Virus record (IMG/VR): IMGVR_UViG_3300045135_000252 | Coordinates: 9,627 to 73,626 of that record | DNA length: 64,000 nt | Direction: 5' to 3' (one strand) | DNA from: a virus | Shown here: in pieces, positions 54,321-63,468 of the stretch | Position numbering within the stretch: the first letter of the stretch is position 1 | How the letters are laid out: each line of letters opens with the position of its first letter | Notes under the pieces: generated by a model | What the model saw: only the letters and a program-made list of their open reading frames with translations | The model's database searches: none | What the model was told of the DNA's origin: nothing | Program-made: the position numbers and the translations under genes

Positions 54321-54726
54321 AATCCTAGTCGGCACAAACCCCGATAATCCGGATGAAGCAACAGCACTACCAGAAACAGCGGAGCAAAAAGCAAAGCAAC
54401 TACCAGATCCATCAGGGTATCGCATCCTATGTGGTGTGCCTGAGATCGAAGAAACGTATGGCGACAGTGGCTTAATTAAGTCCGCTCAAACCATGCACAA
54501 CGAGGAGCTACTCACTACGACGTTATTTGTAATGAAGCTCGGTCCTGACTGTTATAAGGACGAAACACGGTTCCCTAGCGGAGCTTGGTGTAAGGAAGGC
54601 GACTTTATTCTTGTCCGTCCTCATGCCGGTACACGTGTGAAGATTCATGGTCGTGAGTTCCGAATCATCAATGATGATGCGGTCGAAGCGGTGGTTGAAG
54701 ATCCACGTGGCATTTCCAGAGCCTAA
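54313..54726 (+). CDS. groES: GroES-like co-chaperonin
   Basis: P.GYRIL, SGLI, V.KLGPDCY, WCKEGDFI...AGTR.KI.G.EFRIINDD.V.AVV. Confidence 0.85.
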   Translation: MTEILVGTNPDNPDEATALPETAEQKAKQLPDPSGYRILCGVPEIEETYGDSGLIKSAQTMHNEELLTTTLFVMKLGPDCYKDETRFPSGAWCKEGDFILVRPHAGTRVKIHGREFRIINDDAVEAVVEDPRGISRA

Positions 54727-54737
54727 AGGAGGCACAA

Positions 54738-55727
54738 ATGAACGCAGAAGCACAGAAGATTGATACAGAAGAAGATTTCGACTTTGAAATCGAGGAAGAG
54801 CAGGAGCAAGAAGTTGCTGAGCAGGACGTCCCCGAAAAAGAGGAACCTGAACTAGAGATTGAAGATGACACACCTGAAGAAGATCGGGGACATTCTCCGA
54901 TGCCGAAGGAGATCGTTGAAGAGCTAGAAGCCGATGAGTTGGAAGACTATTCGGAGAAAGTTAAGCAGCGCCTGAAGCAAATGAAGAAGGTGTGGCATGA
55001 CGAGCGTCGTGAAAAAGAGAAGGCGTTTCGTGAACAGCAAGAAGCTATTCGCCTTGCACAGCAAACTATGGAGGAGAATAAGCGCCTCAAGGCTAGCCTG
55101 TCACGTGGTGAAGAGACTCTCGCTAATACATATAAGCAGGCGGCTGAGCTTGAGATGAAGAACGCTGAGCGTGCCTATAAAGAAGCACATGAGCTTGGCG
55201 ATACTGACCAGATGTTAGAGGCTCAACGGCAGCTAACAGCGGCTAGTTATAAACTTCAACAAGCTCAAACATTTAAACCAAGTTCTTTACAATCAAATGA
55301 GGTTGAGGTACAAACAGAATCTGAAGCGGCCAACGTGCCGACGCCAGATGCCAAGACACTTGCGTGGCAAGAGCGCAATACTTGGTTTGGTACTGACAAC
55401 GAAATGACTGCTCTCGCATTAGGCTTACACCAAAAGCTGGAGCGTGAGCAAGGTGCTCAATTTATTGGCACCGATGAATACTGGCAGACCGTTGACACCA
55501 CAATGCGACGCCGGTTCCCGGAGTATTTCGGGGAAGATGAAACGACTGATGGGGGCGGCAAGCCCATCAAGAGCGCAGAGAAGAAGCCAGCCACGGTAGT
55601 TGCACCAGCATCCCGTAGCAGGTCTCCAAAAAAGATCGTGCTGACTAGATCGCAAGTTAATCTTGCGAAGAAATTGGGATTAACACCTGAGCAGTATGCT
55701 CGGGAACTGAAGAAGATGGGGAACTAA
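54738..55727 (+). CDS. Capsid scaffolding protein
   Basis: Acidic N-terminus, long coiled coil, W..RN.WFG and a C-terminal LT.SQV.LAKKLG.T.EQYA. Confidence 0.75.
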   Translation: MNAEAQKIDTEEDFDFEIEEEQEQEVAEQDVPEKEEPELEIEDDTPEEDRGHSPMPKEIVEELEADELEDYSEKVKQRLKQMKKVWHDERREKEKAFREQQEAIRLAQQTMEENKRLKASLSRGEETLANTYKQAAELEMKNAERAYKEAHELGDTDQMLEAQRQLTAASYKLQQAQTFKPSSLQSNEVEVQTESEAANVPTPDAKTLAWQERNTWFGTDNEMTALALGLHQKLEREQGAQFIGTDEYWQTVDTTMRRRFPEYFGEDETTDGGGKPIKSAEKKPATVVAPASRSRSPKKIVLTRSQVNLAKKLGLTPEQYARELKKMGN

Positions 55728-55729
55728 TC

Positions 55730-56200
55730 ATGGCTACACAAGAGAAAGCTACTTCTAACAATAGACTTGCACGCGAACTGGAAACAAGAGCTACTTCGGA
55801 GCGTCCTAAATCATGGCAGCCAGCCTCAGTATTACCTGAGCCTGATAAGCAGCCGGGTTACACGTACCGTTGGGTTCGGGTTGCTCAATTGAATCAGGCC
55901 GATCCACGTAACATGTCATCAAAGTTACGTCAGGGTTGGGAGCCGGTTCGTATTGAAGAACAACCTCAGTTCAAAATGTTCGTGGATACAGATAGTCGTT
56001 ATAAAGACAATATCGAAGTCCAAGGACTGTTGTTATGCAAGATACCAGACGAGTTTGTTGAGCAGCGTAATGCACACTACTCAAATCAGAATCAAGCTCA
56101 GATGGAATCTGTGGACAATAACTTTATGCGCGAAAACGATCCTAGGATGCCTCTGTTTGCGGACAGAAAATCCAAGACGTCGTTTGGTCGAGGAAACTAA
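55730..56200 (+). CDS. Conserved head-module protein
   Basis: W.P.S.LP.P...PGY.YRW.R, R.GWEPV and GLLLCK.P motifs. Confidence 0.7.
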   Translation: MATQEKATSNNRLARELETRATSERPKSWQPASVLPEPDKQPGYTYRWVRVAQLNQADPRNMSSKLRQGWEPVRIEEQPQFKMFVDTDSRYKDNIEVQGLLLCKIPDEFVEQRNAHYSNQNQAQMESVDNNFMRENDPRMPLFADRKSKTSFGRGN

Positions 56201-56219
56201 TTTTTTAGGAGAATGAGCA

Positions 56220-56828
56220 ATGGCTACTACAGCAGCTCCATATGGCCTAAAGCCGGTAAAACGCGCTGATGGCATGCCCTATTCAGGGGCTACTTCTACC
56301 TATCTGATTGATCCTGCTGGTGAAGCTACTAACATCTTTAATGGTCAAGTAGTTACTCTCGGGGCAGACGGGTACATCGCATTGGCGACTGGTTCAGGCG
56401 CAGATGCTACTACTAACAACCTAGGTGGAAACACTATTGGCGCTATCGGCGTATTCATGGGTTGTGAGTACCAAAACGCAGAAGGTCAGCAGATCTTCAG
56501 CCAATACTACCCTTCAGGCACTGCTAACGGCGGTCCTATCAAGGCGTATGTTGTTGACGATCCAAACGTACTGTTCCAAGCGCAGCTTGACGGTGCTGGA
56601 GCGCAGACAATCATTGGTGCTACAACTACTTTCGCGGCAGTTCAGTCTACTTCTACTGGTAACACTACTACTGGTGTTTCTAGCTCAGCGTTAGACGCAA
56701 CTGTTGATACAGCTACTAAAGCGTTCAAGATCGTGGCTCACGTGTCTGATACAGGCGACGCTTACCCAGACGTTCTGGTTAAGTTCAACCCTGATTACCA
56801 CATGATGACCATGAGCACTGGTGTATAA
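56220..56828 (+). CDS. Minor capsid/cement protein
   Basis: APYGLKPV, IF.G..V, IGVF.GC.Y and AYV.DDP..LF motifs; immediately precedes the major capsid gene. Confidence 0.7.
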   Translation: MATTAAPYGLKPVKRADGMPYSGATSTYLIDPAGEATNIFNGQVVTLGADGYIALATGSGADATTNNLGGNTIGAIGVFMGCEYQNAEGQQIFSQYYPSGTANGGPIKAYVVDDPNVLFQAQLDGAGAQTIIGATTTFAAVQSTSTGNTTTGVSSSALDATVDTATKAFKIVAHVSDTGDAYPDVLVKFNPDYHMMTMSTGV

Positions 56829-56841
56829 GGAGTAATTAACA

Positions 56842-57750
56842 ATGGCAATTTCACGCGCCCAGCTCCTTAAAGAGCTACTTCCCGGCCTGAACGCTTTGTT
56901 CGGTTTGGAATATCAAAAGTATGGTGAGCAACACAAAGAAATCTTTGAAACAGAGACTTCTGAGCGCTCATTTGAAGAAGAAACCAAGTTGTCTGGATTC
57001 GGAACTGCTCCTGTGAAGGAAGAAGGTTCTTCAATCTCTTATGACAACGCACAAGAAGCATGGACTTCGCGTTACACACACGAAACTATTGCTCTTGGAT
57101 TCTCTATCACTGAAGAAGCGGTAGAAGATAACCTGTATGACTCATTGTCATCTCGTTATACCAAGGCATTGGCTCGTGCTATGGCGTACACGAAGCAAAC
57201 TAAGGCAGCGGCTGTACTGAACAATGGTTTCAACAGCAGCTACACTGGTGGTGACGGTGTTGAGTTGTTCTCAACTGCACACCCACTTGTTTCTGGTGGC
57301 ACTAACTCAAACGAACCAGCTACTGCGGCTGACCTTAACGAAACTTCTTTGGAAGCGGCTGTTATTCAGATTGCAGCGTGGACAGACGAGCGTGGCTTGC
57401 TCATCGCAGCTAAGCCTAAGAAGCTCATCATTCCACCAGCATTGCAGTTCGTTGCAACTCGTTTGTTAGAAACTGAAGGCCGTGTTGGCACTGCTGACAA
57501 CGACATCAACGCAATCATGAACAACGGTGTTGTTCCTGAAGGCTACACAGTCAACAACTTCTTGACTGATGACGATGCGTGGTTCTTGACTACTGACGTA
57601 CCTAACGGTCTGAAGCACTTCGTTCGTGCTCCAATGGCTACTGGTATGGACGGCGACTTCGATACTGGTAACGTACGTTACAAGGCTCGTGAGCGCTACA
57701 GCTTCGGCTGGTCAGATCCTCTGGGAATCTTCGGTTCTCCGGGTGCATAA
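56842..57750 (+). CDS. Major capsid protein (Mu gpT-like)
   Basis: MAISRAQLLKELLPGLNALFG, S.RSFEEE, ITEEA.EDNLY, DFDTGNVRYKARERYSFGWSD; strong RBS and downstream terminator. Confidence 0.93.
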   Translation: MAISRAQLLKELLPGLNALFGLEYQKYGEQHKEIFETETSERSFEEETKLSGFGTAPVKEEGSSISYDNAQEAWTSRYTHETIALGFSITEEAVEDNLYDSLSSRYTKALARAMAYTKQTKAAAVLNNGFNSSYTGGDGVELFSTAHPLVSGGTNSNEPATAADLNETSLEAAVIQIAAWTDERGLLIAAKPKKLIIPPALQFVATRLLETEGRVGTADNDINAIMNNGVVPEGYTVNNFLTDDDAWFLTTDVPNGLKHFVRAPMATGMDGDFDTGNVRYKARERYSFGWSDPLGIFGSPGA

Positions 57751-57772
57751 GTAGCTTTTAAGCTACAACGAG

Positions 57773-57800
57773 AGGGGTCCTTCGGGGCCCCTTTTTATTT
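57773..57800 (+). terminator. Rho-independent terminator after the major capsid gene
   Basis: AGGGGTCC-TTCG-GGGCCCCT-TTTT. Confidence 0.9.
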
Positions 57801-57833
57801 GACTCAACTTATTACCTGTGCTTTAGTAGGCAT

Positions 57834-57906
57834 AACTAGGAAAAGGGTGCGTCGGACTGACCTAGCAGACGACATGCAGACAGGCGCACTAAACTCGCAT
57901 GTGAGG
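57834..57906 (+). ncRNA. Structured RNA downstream of the major capsid gene, probably the Mu-gpT-DE motif
   Basis: Pairings CTAGG/CCTAG, GGTGCGTC/GGCGCACT, CTG/CAG and ACATGC/GCATGT give two pseudoknots; the location downstream of a gpT-like gene fits the named motif. Confidence 0.6.
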
Positions 57907-57914
57907 ACATCGCA

Positions 57915-58139
57915 ATGGCATCAACTACCTTTTCAGGTCCAGTCACTTCTACAAATGGTTTTGTGGGTGACATCAAAGTTCCAACTTACACTGTAGCTTC
58001 TGCTCCATCAGCTTCTGATGCAGGTGCAGGTACGCTTATTTATGTTTCTAACGGTGCAGCAGGTTCAGCAATTCTTGCTTTCTCTGATGGTACTAACTGG
58101 AAGCGTTCTGATACTGGCGGAACAATCGCAGCAGCGTAA
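57915..58139 (+). CDS. Putative capsid decoration/fibre protein
   Basis: MASTTFSGPV.S.NGF start and G.LIYVSNGA...AFSDGTNW. Confidence 0.7.
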   Translation: MASTTFSGPVTSTNGFVGDIKVPTYTVASAPSASDAGAGTLIYVSNGAAGSAILAFSDGTNWKRSDTGGTIAAA

Positions 58140-58149
58140 GAGGTGACTT

Positions 58150-58290
58150 ATGAGTCGTTTTAAACCAGCTTCAGCAGAAGAAATGGCAGCTCGCGGATTA
58201 AACCCTGACGGAACTCCTCTTAAAAAAGCGGAACCGGCTGAGAAAAAGCCAGCAGCTAAGAAAACTGCAGCTAAGAAGGAAACTAAGTAA
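58150..58290 (+). CDS. 46-aa Lys/Ala-rich peptide (not in ORF track)
   Basis: GAGGTG RBS; MSRFKPASAEEMAARGLNPDGTPLKKAEPAEKKPAAKKTAAKKETK; TAATG coupling to the next gene. Confidence 0.65.
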   Translation: MSRFKPASAEEMAARGLNPDGTPLKKAEPAEKKPAAKKTAAKKETK

Positions 58291-58574
58291 TGGGTATGCA
58301 ATCTGACGGACGAGCTACCACTGTAACCTCTAGCGGTGCAGTGTTTGGTGGTCCCGCTCGGATTATGGGTATCTACTACGTCGCCAGCGGTACTGCTGGC
58401 AGCATAGTTATTAAAGACGGTGGTTCTGGCGGTACAGCCCTTATCACCGTTGCTACCCCTGCGTCTGCTACAGCTACGAGTTATGTAGATTTATCAGCCG
58501 CTCCAATCCGTTGTGAGACCAGCGCATACGCTACTATTTCTAACGTTACATCTGCCACGGTGCTTTACGCATAA
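58290..58574 (+). CDS. Small beta-rich virion protein
   Basis: G.AR..GIY, AGS....DGG..GT.L.T. Confidence 0.7.
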   Translation: MGMQSDGRATTVTSSGAVFGGPARIMGIYYVASGTAGSIVIKDGGSGGTALITVATPASATATSYVDLSAAPIRCETSAYATISNVTSATVLYA

Positions 58575-58583
58575 GGAGCTTAT

Positions 58584-58886
58584 ATGCGTGCTTATTACAA
58601 AAAAGGTGGTAAGACAGCAGCTTGGCAGCGTAAAGAAGGAAAAAGTGAGTCAGGCGGTCTAAACGCTAAAGGCGTTGCTAGCTATCGTAAACAAAACCCC
58701 GGTAGCAAGTTAAAGACCGCTGTGACTACAAAACCGAGTAAATTGAAGAAAGGATCAAAAGCAGCTAAACGTCGCGCTTCTTTTTGCGCCCGTATGTCTG
58801 GTATGAAGAAGAAACTTACCAGTTCAAAGACAGCGAATGATCCTAATAGCCGTATTAACAAGAGTTTGCGTAAGTGGAATTGCTGA
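58584..58886 (+). CDS. Small basic virion-region protein
   Basis: AWQRKEGK..SGGLN.KG..SY...NPGSKLK...RR.SFCARM.GM...DPNSRI..S.RKW.C. Confidence 0.75.
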   Translation: MRAYYKKGGKTAAWQRKEGKSESGGLNAKGVASYRKQNPGSKLKTAVTTKPSKLKKGSKAAKRRASFCARMSGMKKKLTSSKTANDPNSRINKSLRKWNC

Positions 58887-59122
58887 TGGCCAGTAAGATT
58901 CAGAAACTGCACGAAGTTACACTGTCAATGGAAGACAGAGATTTACAAGCGAAGGATGTACTACTTTTGTTAGCAGAACACGAACAGGAATGTAATACGC
59001 GCTACGAACGTATAGAGGAAAAGCTATCTGACCAGAAAGCGTTCCTTGAGAAGCTGGATCTACGTATATGGGGTATAGCCGCCCTAATTGTAGCGACTGC
59101 TGTCGCAGAGAGGTTTTTATAA
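58886..59122 (+). CDS. Coiled-coil protein with C-terminal membrane anchor
   Basis: HE.EC..RY..I and a hydrophobic tail; start re-assigned to 58886 (TGATG). Confidence 0.65.
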   Translation: MASKIQKLHEVTLSMEDRDLQAKDVLLLLAEHEQECNTRYERIEEKLSDQKAFLEKLDLRIWGIAALIVATAVAERFL

Positions 59123-59376
59123 TGGCGAGCAAACTATTAAAAGCGGTTAGCCCACTAGCGGCAGCCAGTGGTGGAATTAAGAGCTTCGCTCAGAACTTCT
59201 CACCAGCGTACAACTTAGTTAAGGGTAAGGATGAAGAGAATGACTCCTACCTCAACAAGGCTATGAAACAAGGCGCGGCTGGCAAAGCTCGCGGCATGAA
59301 GAAAGGCGGTAAAGTTAAATCGAACCGTGGCGATGGTATCTGCCGTCAGGGTAAGACACGTGGGAGAATGGTGTAA
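59122..59376 (+). CDS. Small basic protein
   Basis: MKKGGKV...RGDGI.RQGKTRG; start at TAATG. Confidence 0.7.
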   Translation: MASKLLKAVSPLAAASGGIKSFAQNFSPAYNLVKGKDEENDSYLNKAMKQGAAGKARGMKKGGKVKSNRGDGICRQGKTRGRMV

Positions 59377-59624
59377 TGGCTATGGCACGTACAGCGGGAC
59401 AGAAACAATACAGTGGGCGTAGCGGAGCATCTGCTACATTCGACACAGAAAAGCAACGCAAGAAGAACGAAGAGATGCAGAAGCGTCGTCCTCGTACAGC
59501 TCCTTTGGAGAGCGCTGATATGAAGTGTGGCGGCAAAGTACACAAGAAGATGGCTAAAGGTGGCAAGTGTTCTTGTGACGGTATCGCCCAGCGCGGTAAG
59601 ACAAGGGCTCGTCGTCGTGCGTAG
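59376..59624 (+). CDS. Small basic protein
   Basis: MKCGGKV, MAKGG and DGIAQRGKTR; the C-terminus resembles that of the previous gene. Confidence 0.7.
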   Translation: MAMARTAGQKQYSGRSGASATFDTEKQRKKNEEMQKRRPRTAPLESADMKCGGKVHKKMAKGGKCSCDGIAQRGKTRARRRA

Positions 59625-59757
59625 CTATTATAAGAAGGGTGGAACGGTTAAGGACGCTTGTTACCACAAGGTAAAGGCTCAGTATCGTGTCTTCCCTTCA
59701 GCTTACGCATCAGGCGCTATCGCCAAGTGCCGTAAGAAAAAGGCTGGTAAGAAGTAG
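59617..59757 (+). CDS. Small basic protein
   Basis: A GTG start gives MRSYYKKGG (compare MRAYYKKGG at 58584), then DACY.KVK..Y.VFPSAYASG.I.KCRK. Confidence 0.7.
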   Translation: MRSYYKKGGTVKDACYHKVKAQYRVFPSAYASGAIAKCRKKKAGKK

Positions 59758-60032
59758 TGGCGGTCCGTAAAACTAAGAAGGGCGCAGCGTTAAAACGCTG
59801 GTTCAAGGAAGAGTGGAAAGATGTACGAACAGGTAAAGAATGTGGTCGTGACAAAGGTGAAAAACGTGGTACGCCGTATTGTAGACCAAGCAAAAGAGTT
59901 TCTAGCAAAACTCCGAAAACGTCTGGGGAAATGACGGCTGCGGAGAAGAAGAAACGTATAGCCCAGAAGAAGCGGCTAGGGCAGCCAGCAGGAAAGCCAC
60001 GCAGGGTGGCACCGCTTAAAAGGAAGAAGTAA
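59757..60032 (+). CDS. Small basic protein (DUF5872-like)
   Basis: LKRWFKEEW.D..TGK.CGR...PYCRP.KR.S.KTP.T..E. Confidence 0.7.
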   Translation: MAVRKTKKGAALKRWFKEEWKDVRTGKECGRDKGEKRGTPYCRPSKRVSSKTPKTSGEMTAAEKKKRIAQKKRLGQPAGKPRRVAPLKRKK

Positions 60033-60712
60033 TGGCAACGTCAGGCACAGCGACATTTAATTTAGACCTCAACAGCATCGTTGAGGAAGCGTTTGAGCGT
60101 TGTGGTGTTGAGCTTCGTACCGGCTACGATCTGCGTACAGCACGCCGTAGTTTGAATCTTTTGTCTATCGAGTGGGCTAACCGTGGTATCAACCTGTGGA
60201 CGATTGAGGAAGGCTCTATTTCTCTCGTTGACGGCACATCACAGTACAACCTACCAGCAGACACGATTGATCTACTTGACCATGTGATACGTACAGGAAC
60301 TGGTACAAGTCAGTCTGATCTGAGCATTACACGTATTAGCGTATCTACATTTGCTAGTATCCCTAACAAGAACGCTGAAGGCCGTCCGATTCAGGTCTGG
60401 ATTGACCGTCAGGCAGATATTCCACAGATCAACGTGTGGCCAGTGCCAGATGGCAACAACTATACATTTACGTACTGGCGTATGCGCCGCATCCAAGATG
60501 CTGGTAATGGCGTTAATACACAGGATATTCCGTTCCGCTTACTGCCTTGTTTGGTAGCGGGGCTAGCATATTATTTGTCTCTGAAGATTCCAGAGGCGAT
60601 GAACCGTATTGAGATGCTTAAAGCATCATATGAAGAACAGTGGAACTTAGCTTCAGGAGAAGATAGAGATAAGGCTTCTCTGCGGTTGGCTCCACGTGAG
60701 TTCTTCTACTAA
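60032..60712 (+). CDS. Head-tail connector/neck protein
   Basis: MATSGT..F.LD...I.EEAFERCG, SLNL...EWANRG.NLW, WP.PD and P.R.LP....GLAYY motifs. Confidence 0.75.
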   Translation: MATSGTATFNLDLNSIVEEAFERCGVELRTGYDLRTARRSLNLLSIEWANRGINLWTIEEGSISLVDGTSQYNLPADTIDLLDHVIRTGTGTSQSDLSITRISVSTFASIPNKNAEGRPIQVWIDRQADIPQINVWPVPDGNNYTFTYWRMRRIQDAGNGVNTQDIPFRLLPCLVAGLAYYLSLKIPEAMNRIEMLKASYEEQWNLASGEDRDKASLRLAPREFFY

Positions 60713-60721
60713 GGAGTAGGC

Positions 60722-61072
60722 ATGTCGAGATTTGCTCAAGGCAAAAGAGCGATAGCCGTATGTGATCGCTGCGGATTTCAGTATGAGTTAAAGCAACTGA
60801 AGCCTTTAACGATCAAGACAAAACCAGTGAATATTATGGTCTGTCCTACGTGTTGGGAGCCAGATCAACCGCAGTTGCAGTTGGGTATGTACGTTGTTGA
60901 AGACCCACAAGCTCTGCGAAACCCGCGTCCTGATACTTCCTATGAAGAATCAAGGAACATACAATGGGGATGGAATCCTGTGGGATTGAATAATCCTTTA
61001 GGACTCAGTAATTTACCGAATAATCTTGTAGCTGCTTCTGAAGTAGGTACAGTAACGGTAACGATCTCGTAG
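60722..61072 (+). CDS. Zinc-binding neck-region protein
   Basis: CDRCGF.Y, VCP.CWEP..PQL and DPQAL..PRP motifs. Confidence 0.7.
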   Translation: MSRFAQGKRAIAVCDRCGFQYELKQLKPLTIKTKPVNIMVCPTCWEPDQPQLQLGMYVVEDPQALRNPRPDTSYEESRNIQWGWNPVGLNNPLGLSNLPNNLVAASEVGTVTVTIS

Positions 61073-61080
61073 GAGATATT

Positions 61081-61758
61081 GTGAACTACACTACGCTGTT
61101 TGAGACAATTAAGGGCTACGTCGAGAACGACTTCCCGAACACTACGTGGACCACTACCACGGGCACTAGCTCGGACTTTACTGGCAAAGAGCAGCTCGAC
61201 ACGTTCATCAAACAAGCAGAGCAACGGATTTACAATGGCGTACAAATACTCGACCTTCGTAAGAATGTTACTGGCGCGGTTACTACCAGCAATAAGTATG
61301 TCACTCTCCCTACTGATTGGCTGGCAACTTATTCGTTGGCTGTCGTAGATGGCGCGGGCGCTTACAGCTACCTGCTGAATAAGGATGTGAATTACATCCG
61401 TGAGGCGTTCCCGACACCTACAGATACAGGCTTACCTACGCATTACGCTACGTTCGACAAGAACTCGCTGATCGTTGGCCCTACGCCAGACAGCACGTAT
61501 ACCGTGGAACTACACTATTTTTATTACCCAGAGACGATTGTTACTGCTACGAATACGTGGCTTGGCGACAATTTCGACTCTGTTCTTCTTTATGGTGCTT
61601 TACTAGAGGCTTACACTTTCATGAAGGGTGAGCAGGACGTAATAGCGAATTACCAGAAAAGGTATGACGAAGCCCTAGCGCAGCTTAAAATGCAAGCGGA
61701 AGGCAAGAATCGTCAGGATATGTACAGAACTGCTCAAGCTAGATACCCAGTAAGGTAA
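61081..61758 (+). CDS. Head-tail adaptor protein
   Basis: FI.QAE.RI, LP.D, G.P..YA, PTPD..Y..EL.Y and LLYGAL.EA motifs. Confidence 0.75.
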   Translation: MNYTTLFETIKGYVENDFPNTTWTTTTGTSSDFTGKEQLDTFIKQAEQRIYNGVQILDLRKNVTGAVTTSNKYVTLPTDWLATYSLAVVDGAGAYSYLLNKDVNYIREAFPTPTDTGLPTHYATFDKNSLIVGPTPDSTYTVELHYFYYPETIVTATNTWLGDNFDSVLLYGALLEAYTFMKGEQDVIANYQKRYDEALAQLKMQAEGKNRQDMYRTAQARYPVR

Positions 61759-61769
61759 AGGAGTAAACA

Positions 61770-62213
61770 ATGGCAATTACGCAGACTCTATGCACCTCTT
61801 TTAAGAGCGAACTCTTAGGTGGTGTTCATGACTTGGATACAGATACGCTCAAGATGGCGTTGATTATCCCTAGTATGGCTGGCACTTATGGTGCGGCTAC
61901 TACTAACTATTCAGACGTTACAGGCAACAGTGATGAGGTTTCTGCTACTGGCACGAACTACACGACTGGTGGGGTAACTATCACCAGCCCAGCTATTACT
62001 ACTGACGGCACGACAGCTATCTTTGATTGTGCTGATGTAGTGTTTAGCAACGTAGATTTGGACGCTCGTGGCGCGATTATCTACAACTCATCGAAAAGTA
62101 ACGCAGCTATCTGCTTGCTAGACTTTGGTGAGACTAAGACAGCTACTGATGGTGACTTCACAGTTGTCATGCCAGCAGCGGCAGCGGCGACGGCAATTAT
62201 TAGGATCGCGTAA
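61770..62213 (+). CDS. Tail structural protein
   Basis: MAITQ..C.SFK.ELL.G.HD, Y..GG and ARGA.IYN...LDFG..KT...G.FT motifs. Confidence 0.75.
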   Translation: MAITQTLCTSFKSELLGGVHDLDTDTLKMALIIPSMAGTYGAATTNYSDVTGNSDEVSATGTNYTTGGVTITSPAITTDGTTAIFDCADVVFSNVDLDARGAIIYNSSKSNAAICLLDFGETKTATDGDFTVVMPAAAAATAIIRIA

Positions 62214-62590
62214 TGGCTATCGTCGTTAAAGATCGAGTCAAAGAAACCACTACCACTACTGGTACGGGGACCGTAACTCTAGCTGGAGCATCCTCTGGGT
62301 TTCAGTCGTTCTCGGTTATTGGCGACGGTAACGAAACATATTACGCAATTATAGGCGGTGCAGAGTGGGAAGTGGGCGTGGGTACATATACAGCGTCTGG
62401 TACTACTCTTTCACGGGATACCGTGCTGGAGTCTTCTAATAGCGGTAGCCTAGTTGATTTTTCTGCGGGTACTAAAGCTGTGTTTGTCACTCAGCCCGCT
62501 GAGAAAGCCGCTTATTTAGAAGCTGACGGATCAAGCACGTTCTTTGACCCGGCTGGTACCGCTGTCGCACTTGCTATTGCTTTGGGGTAA
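62213..62590 (+). CDS. Tail fibre-associated protein
   Basis: DRVKETTTTTGTG, WEVG.GT, LSR..V..SSN and a C-terminal A.A.AIALG. Confidence 0.7.
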   Translation: MAIVVKDRVKETTTTTGTGTVTLAGASSGFQSFSVIGDGNETYYAIIGGAEWEVGVGTYTASGTTLSRDTVLESSNSGSLVDFSAGTKAVFVTQPAEKAAYLEADGSSTFFDPAGTAVALAIALG

Positions 62591-62593
62591 ATC

Positions 62594-62932
62594 ATGGCGA
62601 ATACATTTAAGGTAAAAACATTCACCGGAGGCGCTACAGCAGCTAGCACTGCCATGACAATTTACACCTGTCCGTCTGCAACACAGACCACGGTTATCGG
62701 GTTAACTGTTGCGAACATTGCAACCAGCCAGATTCTTGTGGATGTGACGCTTGAGAACAATGACGGCGACAACGTGTATCTTGTCAAAGCAGCACCGATT
62801 CCTGTCGGAGCTTCATTAGTGCCTATTGGAGGAGATCAGAAAGTTGTGATGGAAGCCAGTGACGTAATTAAAGTCACTAGCGATACTGCTAACTCAGCAG
62901 ACACAACTTTGAGTATTCTGGAGATTGCATAA
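62594..62932 (+). CDS. Tail fibre-associated small protein
   Basis: MANTFK, YT.P..T...IGL..AN, IP.G.SL, K.V....D and S.LEI motifs. Confidence 0.7.
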   Translation: MANTFKVKTFTGGATAASTAMTIYTCPSATQTTVIGLTVANIATSQILVDVTLENNDGDNVYLVKAAPIPVGASLVPIGGDQKVVMEASDVIKVTSDTANSADTTLSILEIA

Positions 62933-63468
62933 TGCCATATCTTGGGAATCAGCCTGACAGCAACTTTACTACGACAACCGTAGATACATTCAATGGTGAC
63001 AACTCAACTGTAGCGTTCACCTTATCTCGTTCAGCCCAGACCAACGACCTTGAAGTCTTCGTAGAGAACGTACAGCAGCAACCTACAACAGCGTACTCGG
63101 TAGCTGGCACAACCATCACCTTTACATCTGCTCCGCCAACAGGAACTGGTAACATTTATGTGATTCACCGTGGCGCGGCTATTACTAGCCCTACGCCTAA
63201 TGCGGATTCTATTACCACAGCGATGCTTCAAGATGGTGTGATTACTCAGGCTAAGATCGCTGCCGGTGTACAGCTCGGCGCAGGTTATTTCCTTGGCGAG
63301 AACGGTGCGACAGGCGACACAACGAATGGCCTTGGTGATATCTTTCGTGTGCATGAGAATGCACTTGATACAGCAGTAACAATTGCGGCTAACACCAATG
63401 CATCGTGTACTGGGCCAATTACCTTCAACGCAACAGTGACCGTCAACGGCACACTCACGGTGGTATAG
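62932..63468 (+). CDS. Tail fibre-associated protein
   Basis: MPYLGNQP, FNGD.S...FTL, VFV.NV.Q.P..AY and FT.APP.GT.NIYV motifs. Confidence 0.7.
   Translation: MPYLGNQPDSNFTTTTVDTFNGDNSTVAFTLSRSAQTNDLEVFVENVQQQPTTAYSVAGTTITFTSAPPTGTGNIYVIHRGAAITSPTPNADSITTAMLQDGVITQAKIAAGVQLGAGYFLGENGATGDTTNGLGDIFRVHENALDTAVTIAANTNASCTGPITFNATVTVNGTLTVV

Noticed and set aside
57846-57902. Hammerhead or twister ribozyme
   Set aside because: The CUGANGA/GAAA core is missing and I could not place twister conserved residues; kept only as a structured RNA.
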